Positions 21,420 to 31,119 of a DNA stretch of 64,000 bases are shown one piece after another. The translations under genes were made by a program, and so were the position numbers. How positions within the stretch are numbered: position 1 is the stretch's first letter; every line of letters begins with the position of its first letter. This stretch comes from an uncultured delta proteobacterium. GTDB taxonomy: Bacteria > Desulfobacterota > RBG-13-43-22. The stretch lies in assembly GCA_963790475.1 (NCBI GenBank), contig CAWBOS010000010.1, positions 320,001 to 384,000 of the forward strand. Direction: 5' to 3'. The notes beneath the pieces were generated by a model. It saw only the letters and a program-made list of their open reading frames with translations, was not told where the DNA came from and ran no database searches.

Positions 21420-23612
21420 ATGAACCAGATCGATAAGAACGAAGAAAAAATTGTCCGCAGTATCTGCAGCAGCCACTGCGGGGGTACCTGCGAAATGAAA
21501 GTGCACGTAAAAGGGAACCGAATTGTTCGCATCGAACCCGAGGATGGGGAAGATAAACCTCGCATGTGCGCCCGAGGTCACGCCTATCGCCAGCGGGTTT
21601 ATGCCCCGGATCGGCTTCTATACCCTCTTAAACGAAGAGGACCGAGAGGGGCTGGTGAGTTTGCCAGGATTTCCTGGGACGAGGCCCTGGATACCGTGGC
21701 CGGTGAAATGAAACGAATCAAAGCCGCCTGCGGTAATGCGGCCATCCTTCACTTTTGTTCCATGTGCGATCCCCACACCCTGCATCATGTGGGCGCTTTT
21801 CATCGACTGCTTTGTCAGTTCGGAGGCTACACCGCCCCTTGGGGGTTTATCTCCCATGAAGGCGCCAGCTTTTCCTCCGGGGTGACTTACGGAATGCGGC
21901 GCCGATTCACTCAGACCGAACATAGGCCTGATGAATATCTTAACTCACGGCTGATCATCATGTGGGGCTGGAATCCGGTGACCACCGAGCAGGGGACCAA
22001 CGTTCCCCTGTATCTGGCCCGGGCCAAAGAAGGAGGAACCCGGTTTATCTGTGTCGATCCCCGATATACCGACTCCGCGGCCGTTTATGCCGATCAGTGG
22101 ATTCCGATTCGGCCGGGCACGGACGCCGCCGTTCTGATCGCCATGGCTTATATCATCATTAAGGATAATCTGTTGGACCAAAATTTCATCGAAACGTTCG
22201 TCATAGGGTTCGACCAATACAAAGATTATGTATTGGGCCTTAAGGACGGCTTGGCCAAAACCCCGGAATGGGCCGAGAAGATCAGTGCCGTTCCGGCTAC
22301 GACGATTACCGACCTGGCCCGGGCCTATGCCACTACTAAACCCGCGGCCCTGGTCACCAGTATCGGCCCGGGCCGGACGGCTTATGGGGAGCAGTACCAC
22401 CGGGCCGCAGCCGCCCTGGAGGTCATAACCGGGAATTGGCAGTTGGAGAACTGGCAACCGCCTCCATTCCGAGGTCCTAAGTATAATCCCCAGTTCTCCA
22501 GCCCGCCCAACCCGGTGGAGGCCGGGGCGCCTCCCCGCCGGAACGCCCTGCCTTACCGCGGGGCCAGTGTCAATTCCAGTGCCCGGGTCAATGTCAGCCT
22601 CTTTGCCGATGCCATTCTTAAAGGGAAGGCCGGTGGATACCCCGCCGATTACAAAATGGTCTGGCTGTCGAATACCAATTACCTTAATCAACTGGCCGAG
22701 GTCAACAAAACCGCCAGGGCCTTTCGGCAACTGGAGTTCATCCTGGTTACCGAACAGTTTATGACTCCCTCAGCCCGGTTCGCCGATATTGTCCTGCCTG
22801 TCTGTACCTTCCTGGAGCGCAATGACATCCTGGCGCCAAGGGGAGGCGGCGTTTATGGCCTTCTCAACCAGGTGATAGAACCCCTGGGGGAATCAAGGTC
22901 CCAGCTTCAAATTTGTCAGGCCCTGGCCCTGAAACTCGGTATTACCGACTATATCGAAAAGTCGGATGAGGAACTGGTGAAGGAGATTGTAAGCAAAATA
23001 TCGGAAGAGGTGGAGTTGCCGGCCCTTGAATCCCTTAGACATCAGGGCATCTACAGGGCAGGGTCAACTAAATCGGAAGGGACCGGTCCACAGGAAAAAG
23101 CACCGGCCCCATTGTTCCGCACCCCATCGGGAAAGATCGAAATCCTCTCGGAAATAGCGGCCAGGATAAACGATCCTTTGATACCTCCCCTTCCTGCCTA
23201 TATAGAGACCTGGGAGAGTCTGAACGATCCTTTGATCAAAAAATATCCCCTGCAGCTCATTACACCGCATTTCAAAAGACGGGCCCACAGCCAGTTTGAA
23301 AATCTGCCCTGGCTCCGTGAGCTCCAAGCCCAGGCCGTTACGATCAATACCGTCGATGCCGAATCCCGAGGGATCCGTCAGGGCGATATGGTTCGGGTGT
23401 TTAACGACCGGGGAGAAGTCAGAATTCCCGCCAGGGTGACTGAAAGGATTATGCCCAGTGTAGCCGCCCTTCCTCAGGGGGCCTGGTATAATCCCGATGG
23501 GAAGGGAATTGACTACGGCGGATGTGCCAATGTACTCACCAGGAACCGGATTTCCCCGGGTGGCTCCTTCACTCCGCATACGGCCCTGGTGCAGATAGAA
23601 AAGGTAGGGTGA
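21420..23612 (+). CDS. DMSO reductase family molybdopterin oxidoreductase, catalytic subunit (DmsA-like, no Tat signal)
   Basis: ATG at 21420 after ggagggg. CSSHCGGTC...C FS0 motif, RISWDEALD, PIRPGTD, ADIVLP, TPSGKIE, RAHSQ. Confidence 0.88.
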   Translation: MNQIDKNEEKIVRSICSSHCGGTCEMKVHVKGNRIVRIEPEDGEDKPRMCARGHAYRQRVYAPDRLLYPLKRRGPRGAGEFARISWDEALDTVAGEMKRIKAACGNAAILHFCSMCDPHTLHHVGAFHRLLCQFGGYTAPWGFISHEGASFSSGVTYGMRRRFTQTEHRPDEYLNSRLIIMWGWNPVTTEQGTNVPLYLARAKEGGTRFICVDPRYTDSAAVYADQWIPIRPGTDAAVLIAMAYIIIKDNLLDQNFIETFVIGFDQYKDYVLGLKDGLAKTPEWAEKISAVPATTITDLARAYATTKPAALVTSIGPGRTAYGEQYHRAAAALEVITGNWQLENWQPPPFRGPKYNPQFSSPPNPVEAGAPPRRNALPYRGASVNSSARVNVSLFADAILKGKAGGYPADYKMVWLSNTNYLNQLAEVNKTARAFRQLEFILVTEQFMTPSARFADIVLPVCTFLERNDILAPRGGGVYGLLNQVIEPLGESRSQLQICQALALKLGITDYIEKSDEELVKEIVSKISEEVELPALESLRHQGIYRAGSTKSEGTGPQEKAPAPLFRTPSGKIEILSEIAARINDPLIPPLPAYIETWESLNDPLIKKYPLQLITPHFKRRAHSQFENLPWLRELQAQAVTINTVDAESRGIRQGDMVRVFNDRGEVRIPARVTERIMPSVAALPQGAWYNPDGKGIDYGGCANVLTRNRISPGGSFTPHTALVQIEKVG

Positions 23613-23617
23613 TCGCT

Positions 23618-24217
23618 ATGCAATATGGAATTTATATCGATGAAAATCGCTGTATGGGTTGTTTTGCCTGTGTGGTGGCCTGCAAAGACTGGCATGATGT
23701 TCCTGCCGGAACGGCCAGTTGGCTGAGGGTGAAAACCGTGGAAAAAGGCAGGTATCCCAGTCTCTTTGTCGCCTTTTTCCCCGTTACCTGCAACCATTGC
23801 ATCCATCCGGCTTGCATTCCGGTCTGCCCGGTGGAGGCCATCAGCAAACGGGAGGAGGACGGTATTGTTATCGTGGACCGGGAGGCCTGCCTGGGGAAGG
23901 ACCAATGCGGACAGTGTCTGGAAGCTTGTCCTTATGATGCTCCCCAGTTTGGAGAAGACGCCGATGCCCGAATGCAAAAGTGCGACTTTTGTCTGGACCG
24001 ATTGGCCAGCGGAGAAAAACCGATCTGTGTGGTCAGTTGTCCTATGGAGGCCATAGAAATAGGGCCTCTGGATGAATTACGGGAAAAATATGGAGACCTT
24101 CGGGAGACCGAAGGGTTCACATACCTGGAAGAACTGGAACCGGCGGTAATCTTCAAACCCAAGATAGACCCCGAAAATCTTGCCCTCCGGAAGGTCGATA
24201 CCGTGCCCGGGAATTGA
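23618..24217 (+). CDS. 4Fe-4S dicluster subunit (DmsB-like)
   Basis: CMGCFACVVAC, CNHCIHPAC..VCP, CGQCLEACP, KCDFC...C...CP. Confidence 0.88.
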   Translation: MQYGIYIDENRCMGCFACVVACKDWHDVPAGTASWLRVKTVEKGRYPSLFVAFFPVTCNHCIHPACIPVCPVEAISKREEDGIVIVDREACLGKDQCGQCLEACPYDAPQFGEDADARMQKCDFCLDRLASGEKPICVVSCPMEAIEIGPLDELREKYGDLRETEGFTYLEELEPAVIFKPKIDPENLALRKVDTVPGN

Positions 24218-24401
24218 TTGAGCAAAAGACTATGAATCGGACAAGGAGAGAAAATAAGTTGATTTGGAATCAACGTTAAGTTCAGAGAGTAAGGAATGTT
24301 TACCTATAGGATGGGACCCTAAGATAAAATGGATGGCCAAGCGATTGGTGATAACAATCCGGCGTCAGGCCGGACATTGAAAACCGGATAGGAGGAGAAA
24401 A

Positions 24402-24839
24402 ATGGAAAAATTGTCCTTTGAATTCGTGAATCCGGGGGATGTCCTTCCCCCATTCATCCGATCCGTCAGTCAGGAAACCTTTTGGAAATACGCCGTAGCC
24501 TCTTTCGATTATAACCCTGTCCACAATGATCCTGAATGGGTCAAAACGGCCCAACCCTTTAAAATACCTTTTACGGTGGGACATGGTATGATGACTATGT
24601 CTTTTATGACCTCTCTGGTTACCAACTGGGCCTTGCCCTCCATGCTTCAGATTCGAAAGATTGTTTCAAAATTTACCCGGCCGGTTGAACAGGGATGGAA
24701 AATTATCTGCACTGGAGTTGTTTCGGAAAAGCACTTTATCTCCAAAGGTAAAAACTATGTGGTGGTGGATGTCAAAGCTGAAAACCGGCAGGGAGACTTG
24801 CTGGCCCTCAGTGAAATCGAAGTGGTCTTTCCCGATTGA
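24402..24839 (+). CDS. MaoC-like hot-dog dehydratase
   Basis: SFDYNPVHND (D-x4-H) and VGHGM. Confidence 0.85.
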   Translation: MEKLSFEFVNPGDVLPPFIRSVSQETFWKYAVASFDYNPVHNDPEWVKTAQPFKIPFTVGHGMMTMSFMTSLVTNWALPSMLQIRKIVSKFTRPVEQGWKIICTGVVSEKHFISKGKNYVVVDVKAENRQGDLLALSEIEVVFPD

Positions 24840-24896
24840 GGCCGGGAGTTTTATCGATTGGATCAATATCGAGATTCAAAGAAAGGAGAATGAACC

Positions 24897-25475
24897 ATGA
24901 GTCATGCCGACTTAGCCAAATATTTCAAAACAGAAAAGCAGCTCAAATTCAGCACCGATTTTTTTACCGATGCCGAGAAGTATGAAGTTTGGGATGAAAT
25001 TGATTTTTCCGATCTACAAGAAGTTGAAGGTGAAAACACCTTTGAAATAAAGGCCGAAGACATCACCTTTTACGCCGAAGGAGGCCTTGATGACAACCCG
25101 TTGATGAATGACGAGGAATATGCCAAGAAATCACCTTACGGCGGGCTGGTGGCCCACCCGATTTTTATAACCTCCATCTGTTTTTGGTGTGTAGGCGTCG
25201 AGGGGAAGGGGAATTGGATCAGAACGCCCGGGGCGAGAAACCCTGGTCAGGTTTTGGAAATCTATGAATATTTCAAAGTCGGAGAGACCATCCATGTAAA
25301 AATGAAGCCTCATGACCGCTATATCAAACGGGGTAAATGTTATCTCCAGTATCAAATGAACGCCTATAACCAGGACAATGTCTTGAAGTGCAGAATGTAT
25401 GCCACCCTGATCCTACCTCGGACACGACAGGATATAAGGAAATTTCTTAAAGGCGTCCGCGGACTGAGTGATTAG
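24897..25475 (+). CDS. MaoC/FAS1-like hot-dog protein (likely non-catalytic partner)
   Basis: DDNPL..DEEYAKKSPYGGLVAHP and YNQDNV; the catalytic His is absent. Confidence 0.75.
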   Translation: MSHADLAKYFKTEKQLKFSTDFFTDAEKYEVWDEIDFSDLQEVEGENTFEIKAEDITFYAEGGLDDNPLMNDEEYAKKSPYGGLVAHPIFITSICFWCVGVEGKGNWIRTPGARNPGQVLEIYEYFKVGETIHVKMKPHDRYIKRGKCYLQYQMNAYNQDNVLKCRMYATLILPRTRQDIRKFLKGVRGLSD

Positions 25476-25589
25476 CTAAGAAACCGATTTGAACTTGGTG
25501 CCAGGATGCAGCTGTTCCGACAAGACCCGATTTTTTTAAAAGCAGATGGGGTTTTTGGACTAGATCTGTTCAAAAAGAAAGGGAATGAT

Positions 25590-25820
25590 ATGAAACACTG
25601 GGAACACCGTCCGGAAAAGTCCTGGAAAGAGTTTACTATAAACCAACCCTATGCCAAGGGGCTGGAAAGGCTCCGGGAGGAGGTGCTGGCAAAAACCGAT
25701 TTCGATCCGGCAACCCTCTGGCGGGCCACCGATGAAGAAGGACAGGCCTGGGAAAGGTACACCGCCCAATTGGAAGCAAAGGCTCTGCGGATCGCCGTCG
25801 ACGGCAAAAAGGAAAAATAG
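25590..25820 (+). CDS. Small hypothetical protein, possibly a gene remnant
   Basis: 76 aa ORF from the ATG after aaggga, between the MaoC pair and ybaK. Confidence 0.35.
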   Translation: MKHWEHRPEKSWKEFTINQPYAKGLERLREEVLAKTDFDPATLWRATDEEGQAWERYTAQLEAKALRIAVDGKKEK

Positions 25821-25833
25821 GGGCGAGCTTGTC

Positions 25834-26322
25834 GTGGAAAAAACCGGTAATCTTAATACACCGGCAGTGCGTTATCTTGGGGCAAAGAAAATTCATTTCA
25901 AGTCTCATCTTTACCCCTATGAAGAACATGGCGGTACTCGCCATGCGGCTGAGGTGCTTAAGATTCCCGAGCATGCCGTTATCAAGACATTGGTCATGGA
26001 GTCGGAGGCCGGCCGACCCTTTATCGTTTTGGAACATGGAGATTATCAGGTCTCTACTAAACAGCTAGCCCGAATCCTGGGGGTAAAACGGATCACCCCC
26101 TGTGTCGAGGAGAAGGCCCAAAAACACACCGGATATCAAGTCGGGGGGATAAGCCCTTTCGGAACAAGAAAAAGCATGGCGATCTATGTTGAAAAAAGTA
26201 TCCTTAGCCTTGATACCTTGTATATTAACGGAGGGAAACGAGGGTTTTTGATGGAGATAACCCCTGATGATCTGGTGCAGGCCTTGAAGGTGGAAGAGGT
26301 TGAAGCGAAGTTTAAACAATAA
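25834..26322 (+). CDS. ybaK: Cys-tRNA(Pro) deacylase YbaK/EbsC
   Basis: TPAVRYL, VIKTLV, TGYQVGGISPFG, INGGKRG. Confidence 0.9.
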   Translation: MEKTGNLNTPAVRYLGAKKIHFKSHLYPYEEHGGTRHAAEVLKIPEHAVIKTLVMESEAGRPFIVLEHGDYQVSTKQLARILGVKRITPCVEEKAQKHTGYQVGGISPFGTRKSMAIYVEKSILSLDTLYINGGKRGFLMEITPDDLVQALKVEEVEAKFKQ

Positions 26323-26348
26323 AAAAATCAAAAAGTACGCTCCAGACT

Positions 26349-27365
26349 ATGAGCGAAGGATTACAAGAAGCGCAAAATATGATCAGCCTGATATCTCGTG
26401 GATCAAAATTTAAAACGATCGCTTGTTTCACTCTGATGGCCTTTTCTCTGCTGACCATGACTTCTTGCGTTCACTTTAAGGTAAATCAGGTCGCCATCAA
26501 ATCCAATGCGGAACAACCATCCATTTCAATGAAGGCTTATCTGAAAGCACCCGAAGAGGGACAGGAGGACGCCGTTTACGAAGGAGTGGGGACGAGTCTC
26601 TTTTTTCAGCAGGAAAATGGCACTTTTTCCCTGGTGGCTTCTTCCCGGAAGGGAAGTTGGGTTCTAAGAAACTCTCCGGCAGGAAACTACCGGATTGCGA
26701 TTGACCGGACTGTGGTGATCGATGGGGAGGCAGAAACTCTCGAAGGGTCTCTGACGAAGAACTTCACTTTAAAGCCTGGAGAGCGAGCAGAAATCACCCT
26801 TGTTCTGAAAAAGGTTCCGGTCGGTGTGATTGTGCTGATGTCTGTGCTCATTGTCGGATTGATTATCCTGATAATCTTAGCCAGAGACAACAGATTACCG
26901 AAACTGAGAGACTTCCCTCACCCCCCGATCCCGCACTCGCTCGGCGTACCCCACCCCAGGGCTTTATTAATACCGCTGGTAATCTTCTCCCCGCCGGGGC
27001 GACTATTCCCGGGACCTACCCCGATTTTCATCGACGGTGGTTTCTACTATGATCAAGGCTCCTCTTTGAACTGGGAATCCTCAATTGAAACAACCCCCCA
27101 TTATGGGCAGCTCCAGGAGTATCCGGCATCATCTATACCGCAGTTACAGGCTGAAAAGCTCTTTGTTTATCCCCGTAAAGGTCAAAGCGAAGAGCAACAG
27201 GCCAAAGATCGTTACGAGTGTCACACATGGGTAGTAGGCCAGATAGGTTGGGACCCGACTCGGCCGACAGGAGTTGTGCCTGAATCTCAGATAAACCAGA
27301 AGCGTGCGGACTATAAACGGGCGATGGGCGCCTGCCTCGATGCCCATGACTATACCGTGAAGTAG
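26349..27365 (+). CDS. Hypothetical membrane/lipoprotein with C-terminal VYP..GQS.EQQ.KD.YEC domain
   Basis: Lipobox-like MTSC, one TM, a Pro-rich linker, and a C-terminal two-Cys domain ending ACL...YTVK. Confidence 0.55.
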   Translation: MSEGLQEAQNMISLISRGSKFKTIACFTLMAFSLLTMTSCVHFKVNQVAIKSNAEQPSISMKAYLKAPEEGQEDAVYEGVGTSLFFQQENGTFSLVASSRKGSWVLRNSPAGNYRIAIDRTVVIDGEAETLEGSLTKNFTLKPGERAEITLVLKKVPVGVIVLMSVLIVGLIILIILARDNRLPKLRDFPHPPIPHSLGVPHPRALLIPLVIFSPPGRLFPGPTPIFIDGGFYYDQGSSLNWESSIETTPHYGQLQEYPASSIPQLQAEKLFVYPRKGQSEEQQAKDRYECHTWVVGQIGWDPTRPTGVVPESQINQKRADYKRAMGACLDAHDYTVK

Positions 27366-27811
27366 CCACACACCATCATCTATATCCACAAACCCCGACG
27401 AAGAATAGGCGCCAAACTAATTTGGTGGTTATTTCCTGTAACCCGCAAATCTCTATAATAGGAAAAATTGAAGAGTACAAACCGATATTCGTTGATTGCG
27501 TAATTTATCAACATTGACCCATAAGCACGAACAAAATGATCAGGTGACAGTAGATTGAGGTAAATAAATTGCCCGGAGATCCGTCTTTCCCCTTGACATT
27601 TCTTACCATGGCTTCCCCCAAAAATCTCAATTATCCCAATTATCCCAATTGTTTTTGGTTATTCCTCGCAATTAATTAAAAGAATTAGACTTTTTTTCTC
27701 AGCAGTGCCATAAACTTACACCTTCTATGAATTATTGAGCAAAAATTCCAACTTAATCTCAACCTATCTGGAACGGGATATGAAGTGGGAACCTCAGAAA
27801 GTACCGATATG

Positions 27812-27853
27812 AAGCCTCCAGAGAGGGAATTAAATCTTTCTGGAGGCTTTTTT
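27812..27853 (+). terminator. Terminator-like hairpin upstream of secreted-protein gene
   Basis: AAGCCTCCAGA...TCTGGAGGCTT stem followed by a T-tract. Confidence 0.6.
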
Positions 27854-27927
27854 GAATCATTTAGTCTTGAAGCTTGGAAGAAATACTTTTTGATTTAATT
27901 TCTTAAACTAAAAGAAGGGGTTATAAA

Positions 27928-28575
27928 ATGAAAAAACTATCAATTGTCGAAGTTGTCGCAGTAATTTTTGTTTTTTGCAGTCTCTTAATAATGGGAGGAC
28001 AGGCGGTAGCAGCGCCTGATCGTTTGAATTGGGGAAGTCAAGTAAATGCATCACAGTGCGGGTCCCCGCCAAATAATCTCGTCATTAACGTTAACCAGCA
28101 TATAACAGGGGATATTGATTCGGGTTGTGCTGGCAACTATTGGGCATACGATGAATACAATAAACATGTACAAGTTTGGCAGATAGGAGATGGCTCCTTC
28201 TGCGTTGACGTCCGTTATGTGGGTTCATTTACAACAGTCGCTGGGCAAAGCCCTGGAACCGGGTGTGGAGGCAGCGCAGCAATATTAACATCAGGTATTG
28301 AAGGGACTTATGAAGGTGGGTACACAGCCAATGTTATAGGGACCCTTAGAGTTGCTCCTTCAAAGAAAACAAAGGGGAATATTGGATCAATTGATTTTGG
28401 CTGTGATACATCGACGGGAGAATGCCCGGGTTATGCTAGCTGGTTATCATACTATTTCGATACGGGCTATAATTTTTCATATACCTGGTGGGGATGGATT
28501 TACCATGGTGGAAATAATGGAACGTGGGTAAATACAGTGCCCCCGACCGGCAACTCAGGAGATATTATCCCTTAG
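27928..28575 (+). CDS. Secreted Cys/Trp/Gly-rich hypothetical protein
   Basis: Sec signal (AVA|A), 6 Cys in the mature part, WWGWIYHGGNNGTWVN C-terminus, lower GC. Confidence 0.7.
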   Translation: MKKLSIVEVVAVIFVFCSLLIMGGQAVAAPDRLNWGSQVNASQCGSPPNNLVINVNQHITGDIDSGCAGNYWAYDEYNKHVQVWQIGDGSFCVDVRYVGSFTTVAGQSPGTGCGGSAAILTSGIEGTYEGGYTANVIGTLRVAPSKKTKGNIGSIDFGCDTSTGECPGYASWLSYYFDTGYNFSYTWWGWIYHGGNNGTWVNTVPPTGNSGDIIP

Positions 28576-28711
28576 TGTGATGAAATGAGATATTGCCTAA
28601 TTTAGTCGCAAAGAACCAGGCAGGGTCAAATGGCGAGCCGATAGCTTAACGTGTTGAAAAAGTACTTCACCTCTATCCCCCTACGAGGTAGAATCTGGTA
28701 GGGGGATTTTT

Positions 28712-30303
28712 TTGATCAAAGGACCAAACCAGCTCGATGAACGTGTCCCGATAGAAGTCGGCGGGATTCAGGTCAACTTCTGCAAGAATCCACAGTGCCA
28801 GAACTTCGGAGTTCCGGCAAGTACCAAGAGACAGCCCAGAGGGAAAGGAGCAGAGGAACGTGGCCGGGATACTTATAATGTAGTTGGTTCAGGCCGGGGC
28901 ACGCCCATGCTACGGTGCTGTTTTTGCGGCCAATATCCAACGATAAAGAGTAACAAAGCCATTCATGAAGAGCTGAGCCGCTTTTGGAAGCCTTTTGAAC
29001 CCACGGCGATCCCGACCTGCCCAAACCAAGACTGCCCGAACCACCATATAGATACCGAGAAAGGCAAGACTCACTACCACTCATTCGGACGGACCAAAGC
29101 AGGATCTATACGCTATCGTTGCAAGGCCTGCGGCAGAACATTCATTACCGCTTCATCACCGACAATCCGGCACCGGAAACCCCACAAGAATGCTGTCATT
29201 TTCCGTCTTCTGGTCAACAAGGTACCTTTCCGTCGTACCTGCGAGGTGGAAGGGATCTCCATGCCGACTCTTTATCGGAAGATTGATTTTATTCATCGGC
29301 AGTGCCTTTCCTTTGCGGCTGAGCGGGAACGCAATCTTCCCACCATGCCTCTCGCCCGCCTTTATATCGGAGTTGATCGGCAAGACTATATGATCAACTG
29401 GTCGGACGCCAAGGACCGGAGGAACATCATTTTCCGGGCTGTCGGCAGTGCTGACAACACGACCGGTTATGTGCTCGGAGTGCATCTCAACTTTGATCCC
29501 TTAATGGATCCGGATCTTATAGAAAGGGATGCGATTGCCTCGGGTGATTACGAAGTAAAGCCGTCCTATAGACGATATGCCCGCCTGTGGCTCCGGCGCG
29601 ATTACCTAGAGGCCATCAAGAAGGCCCGAGCCCAAAGGTTTGGTGCCCATACAGGATCCTTGAGGGACAACATAGCTGCCACCTATCGGGATGCCGAAAA
29701 TAGGGATGATGTCGAAGTGTTCGAAAGGAGGGACGCTGCGACGCTTTTTATGTGCGGATCAACTCCGAGGCAACCATTGATAAAAAACGCCAGATCCTGG
29801 CAGATAATCGACGCCACATGGAGGCCATGAAGCACCAGAATCCTGACCTGAAGGATTGGCAGGTAAAACTTCTCATGATAAAAGAGAAGATGGCCCAGGT
29901 GGTCAACATTGGCACCTGGCAGGATCGCTGGGTGGAACACCCCTTCCCGAATATGGGAGAGCCCGATAAGGCCATGTGCTATCTGACGGATATCCAGGGG
30001 TATGATGAGGACCATCTCGCCTGGCTCTACAACAAGGCCAGCCTCCACGCTATTGACTGCTTCTTTATGCAGGTCCGGAGGAGATTGTCTTTGCTGGAGC
30101 GACCGATCAGCAGTTCGGCCAGCCCGGGTCGTCGTTGGTTTGGTTATGGCCCTTACAAACCGGTTATAGTCGGCAAACTACTGGACATCTTTCGTGTTTT
30201 CTATAATTATGTGGAAGTGGGGAAGAACAAACAAACCCCAGCTATGCGGCTGGGGCTGGCAAAGGGCAAGATAACTGTTGAGGACATTATCTATTACCAG
30301 TAA
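28712..30303 (+). pseudogene. Large IS1-like transposase with multiple zinc ribbons, split into two ORFs (probable internal deletion near 29740)
   Basis: CKNPQC, CCFC, CPNQDC, and InsA-like GRTKAGSIRYRCKAC plus HTH. C-terminal YNY...TPAMRLGL. The frame changes at gacgct-gc-gacgct. Confidence 0.7.
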
Positions 30304-30358
30304 TAAGGCTGCTCAGAATTTTTCGGTCATGTCTCCTTGCGGAAGATTTCTTTTTAAA

Positions 30359-30395
30359 AAAAAGGACCGTTGATATTGAATCAACTGTCCTTTTT
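30359..30395. terminator. Bidirectional terminator inside the IS right end
   Basis: AAAAAGGAC.GTTGAT / ATCAAC.GTCCTTTTT stem with A and T tracts. Confidence 0.6.
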
Positions 30396-30482
30396 ACTTT
30401 TCTTCAACACGTTAAGCTATCGGCTCGTCTAATTTGGCTCTGCCTTTTTTTATGCACATTTTCGAATGATAATTAACCTATG

Positions 30483-31119
30483 GTAAACCCCCGGCTGTGC
30501 CGGGGGACTCACAAAAGTTTGACAATTACGGGAATATATGAAAGCCCCTCTAACGTGAACCGCTCAAAATTCACAGAAAGAGAGGCTTTCAATGAGAAGC
30601 ACACAGAGTTTAAGTCATACGAAGTGGGAATGCAAATATCATTTAACCTGGATACCAAAATTTCGGAAAAAGGATTTATATGGGGAGCTTCGGAAACATT
30701 TAGGAGAAGCGATCCGAGAAATGGCACGGTAGAAGCGGAAGTGAAGTATTAGAAGGACATCTTATGTCGGATCATGTCCATATGCTTGTTTCGATTCCGC
30801 CCAAATATGCTGTTTCGCAAGTAGTGGGTTACATCAAGGGGAAAAGCGCAATTCATATTGCGAGAGAATTATTTGGGAAGAAAAGGAATTTCACTGGCGA
30901 AGAATTTTGGGCCAGAGGATACTATGTCAGCACAATAGGTAAGGATGAAGAGGCTATCCGTAAGTATATCAAAGAGCAGGAAAAAGAAGATCAGCGAATT
31001 GATCAATTAACGATGTTCTAAGTAAAGAGCCGCCACCTTTGAGGTGGCCCATAGGTTTTTCAACCGCTTTGAGCGGTTCACATATTTCAAGCCTCCGGCT
31101 TTGCCGGAGGTCTGGTGAC
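30483..31119 (+). mobile_element. IS200-type element (tnpA only), degenerate copy
   Basis: Left hairpin CCCCCGGC-TGT-GCCGGGGG. Right end CAAG + CCTCCGGC-TTT-GCCGGAGG + TCTGGTGAC. Homologous to 35189-35811. Confidence 0.9.
30592..31021 (+). pseudogene. tnpA: IS200/IS605 Y1 transposase TnpA with premature stop and frameshift
   Basis: SHTKWECKYH..WIPK then TAG at ~30730. DHVH (HUH), FWARGY and YIKEQ lie in a shifted frame. Confidence 0.88.

Larger units (their letters stand above)
28632..30429 (+). mobile_element. IS1/IS1595-like insertion sequence with 25-bp perfect TIRs
   Basis: CGAGCCGATAGCTTAACGTGTTGAA at 28634-28658 and its exact reverse complement at 30403-30427 enclose the transposase-like ORFs. 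Confidence 0.85.

Noticed and set aside
30370-30384. TTGAT-N5-ATCAA, FNR-like box
   Set aside because: The spacing is wrong (N4 is required) and it is part of a terminator stem.
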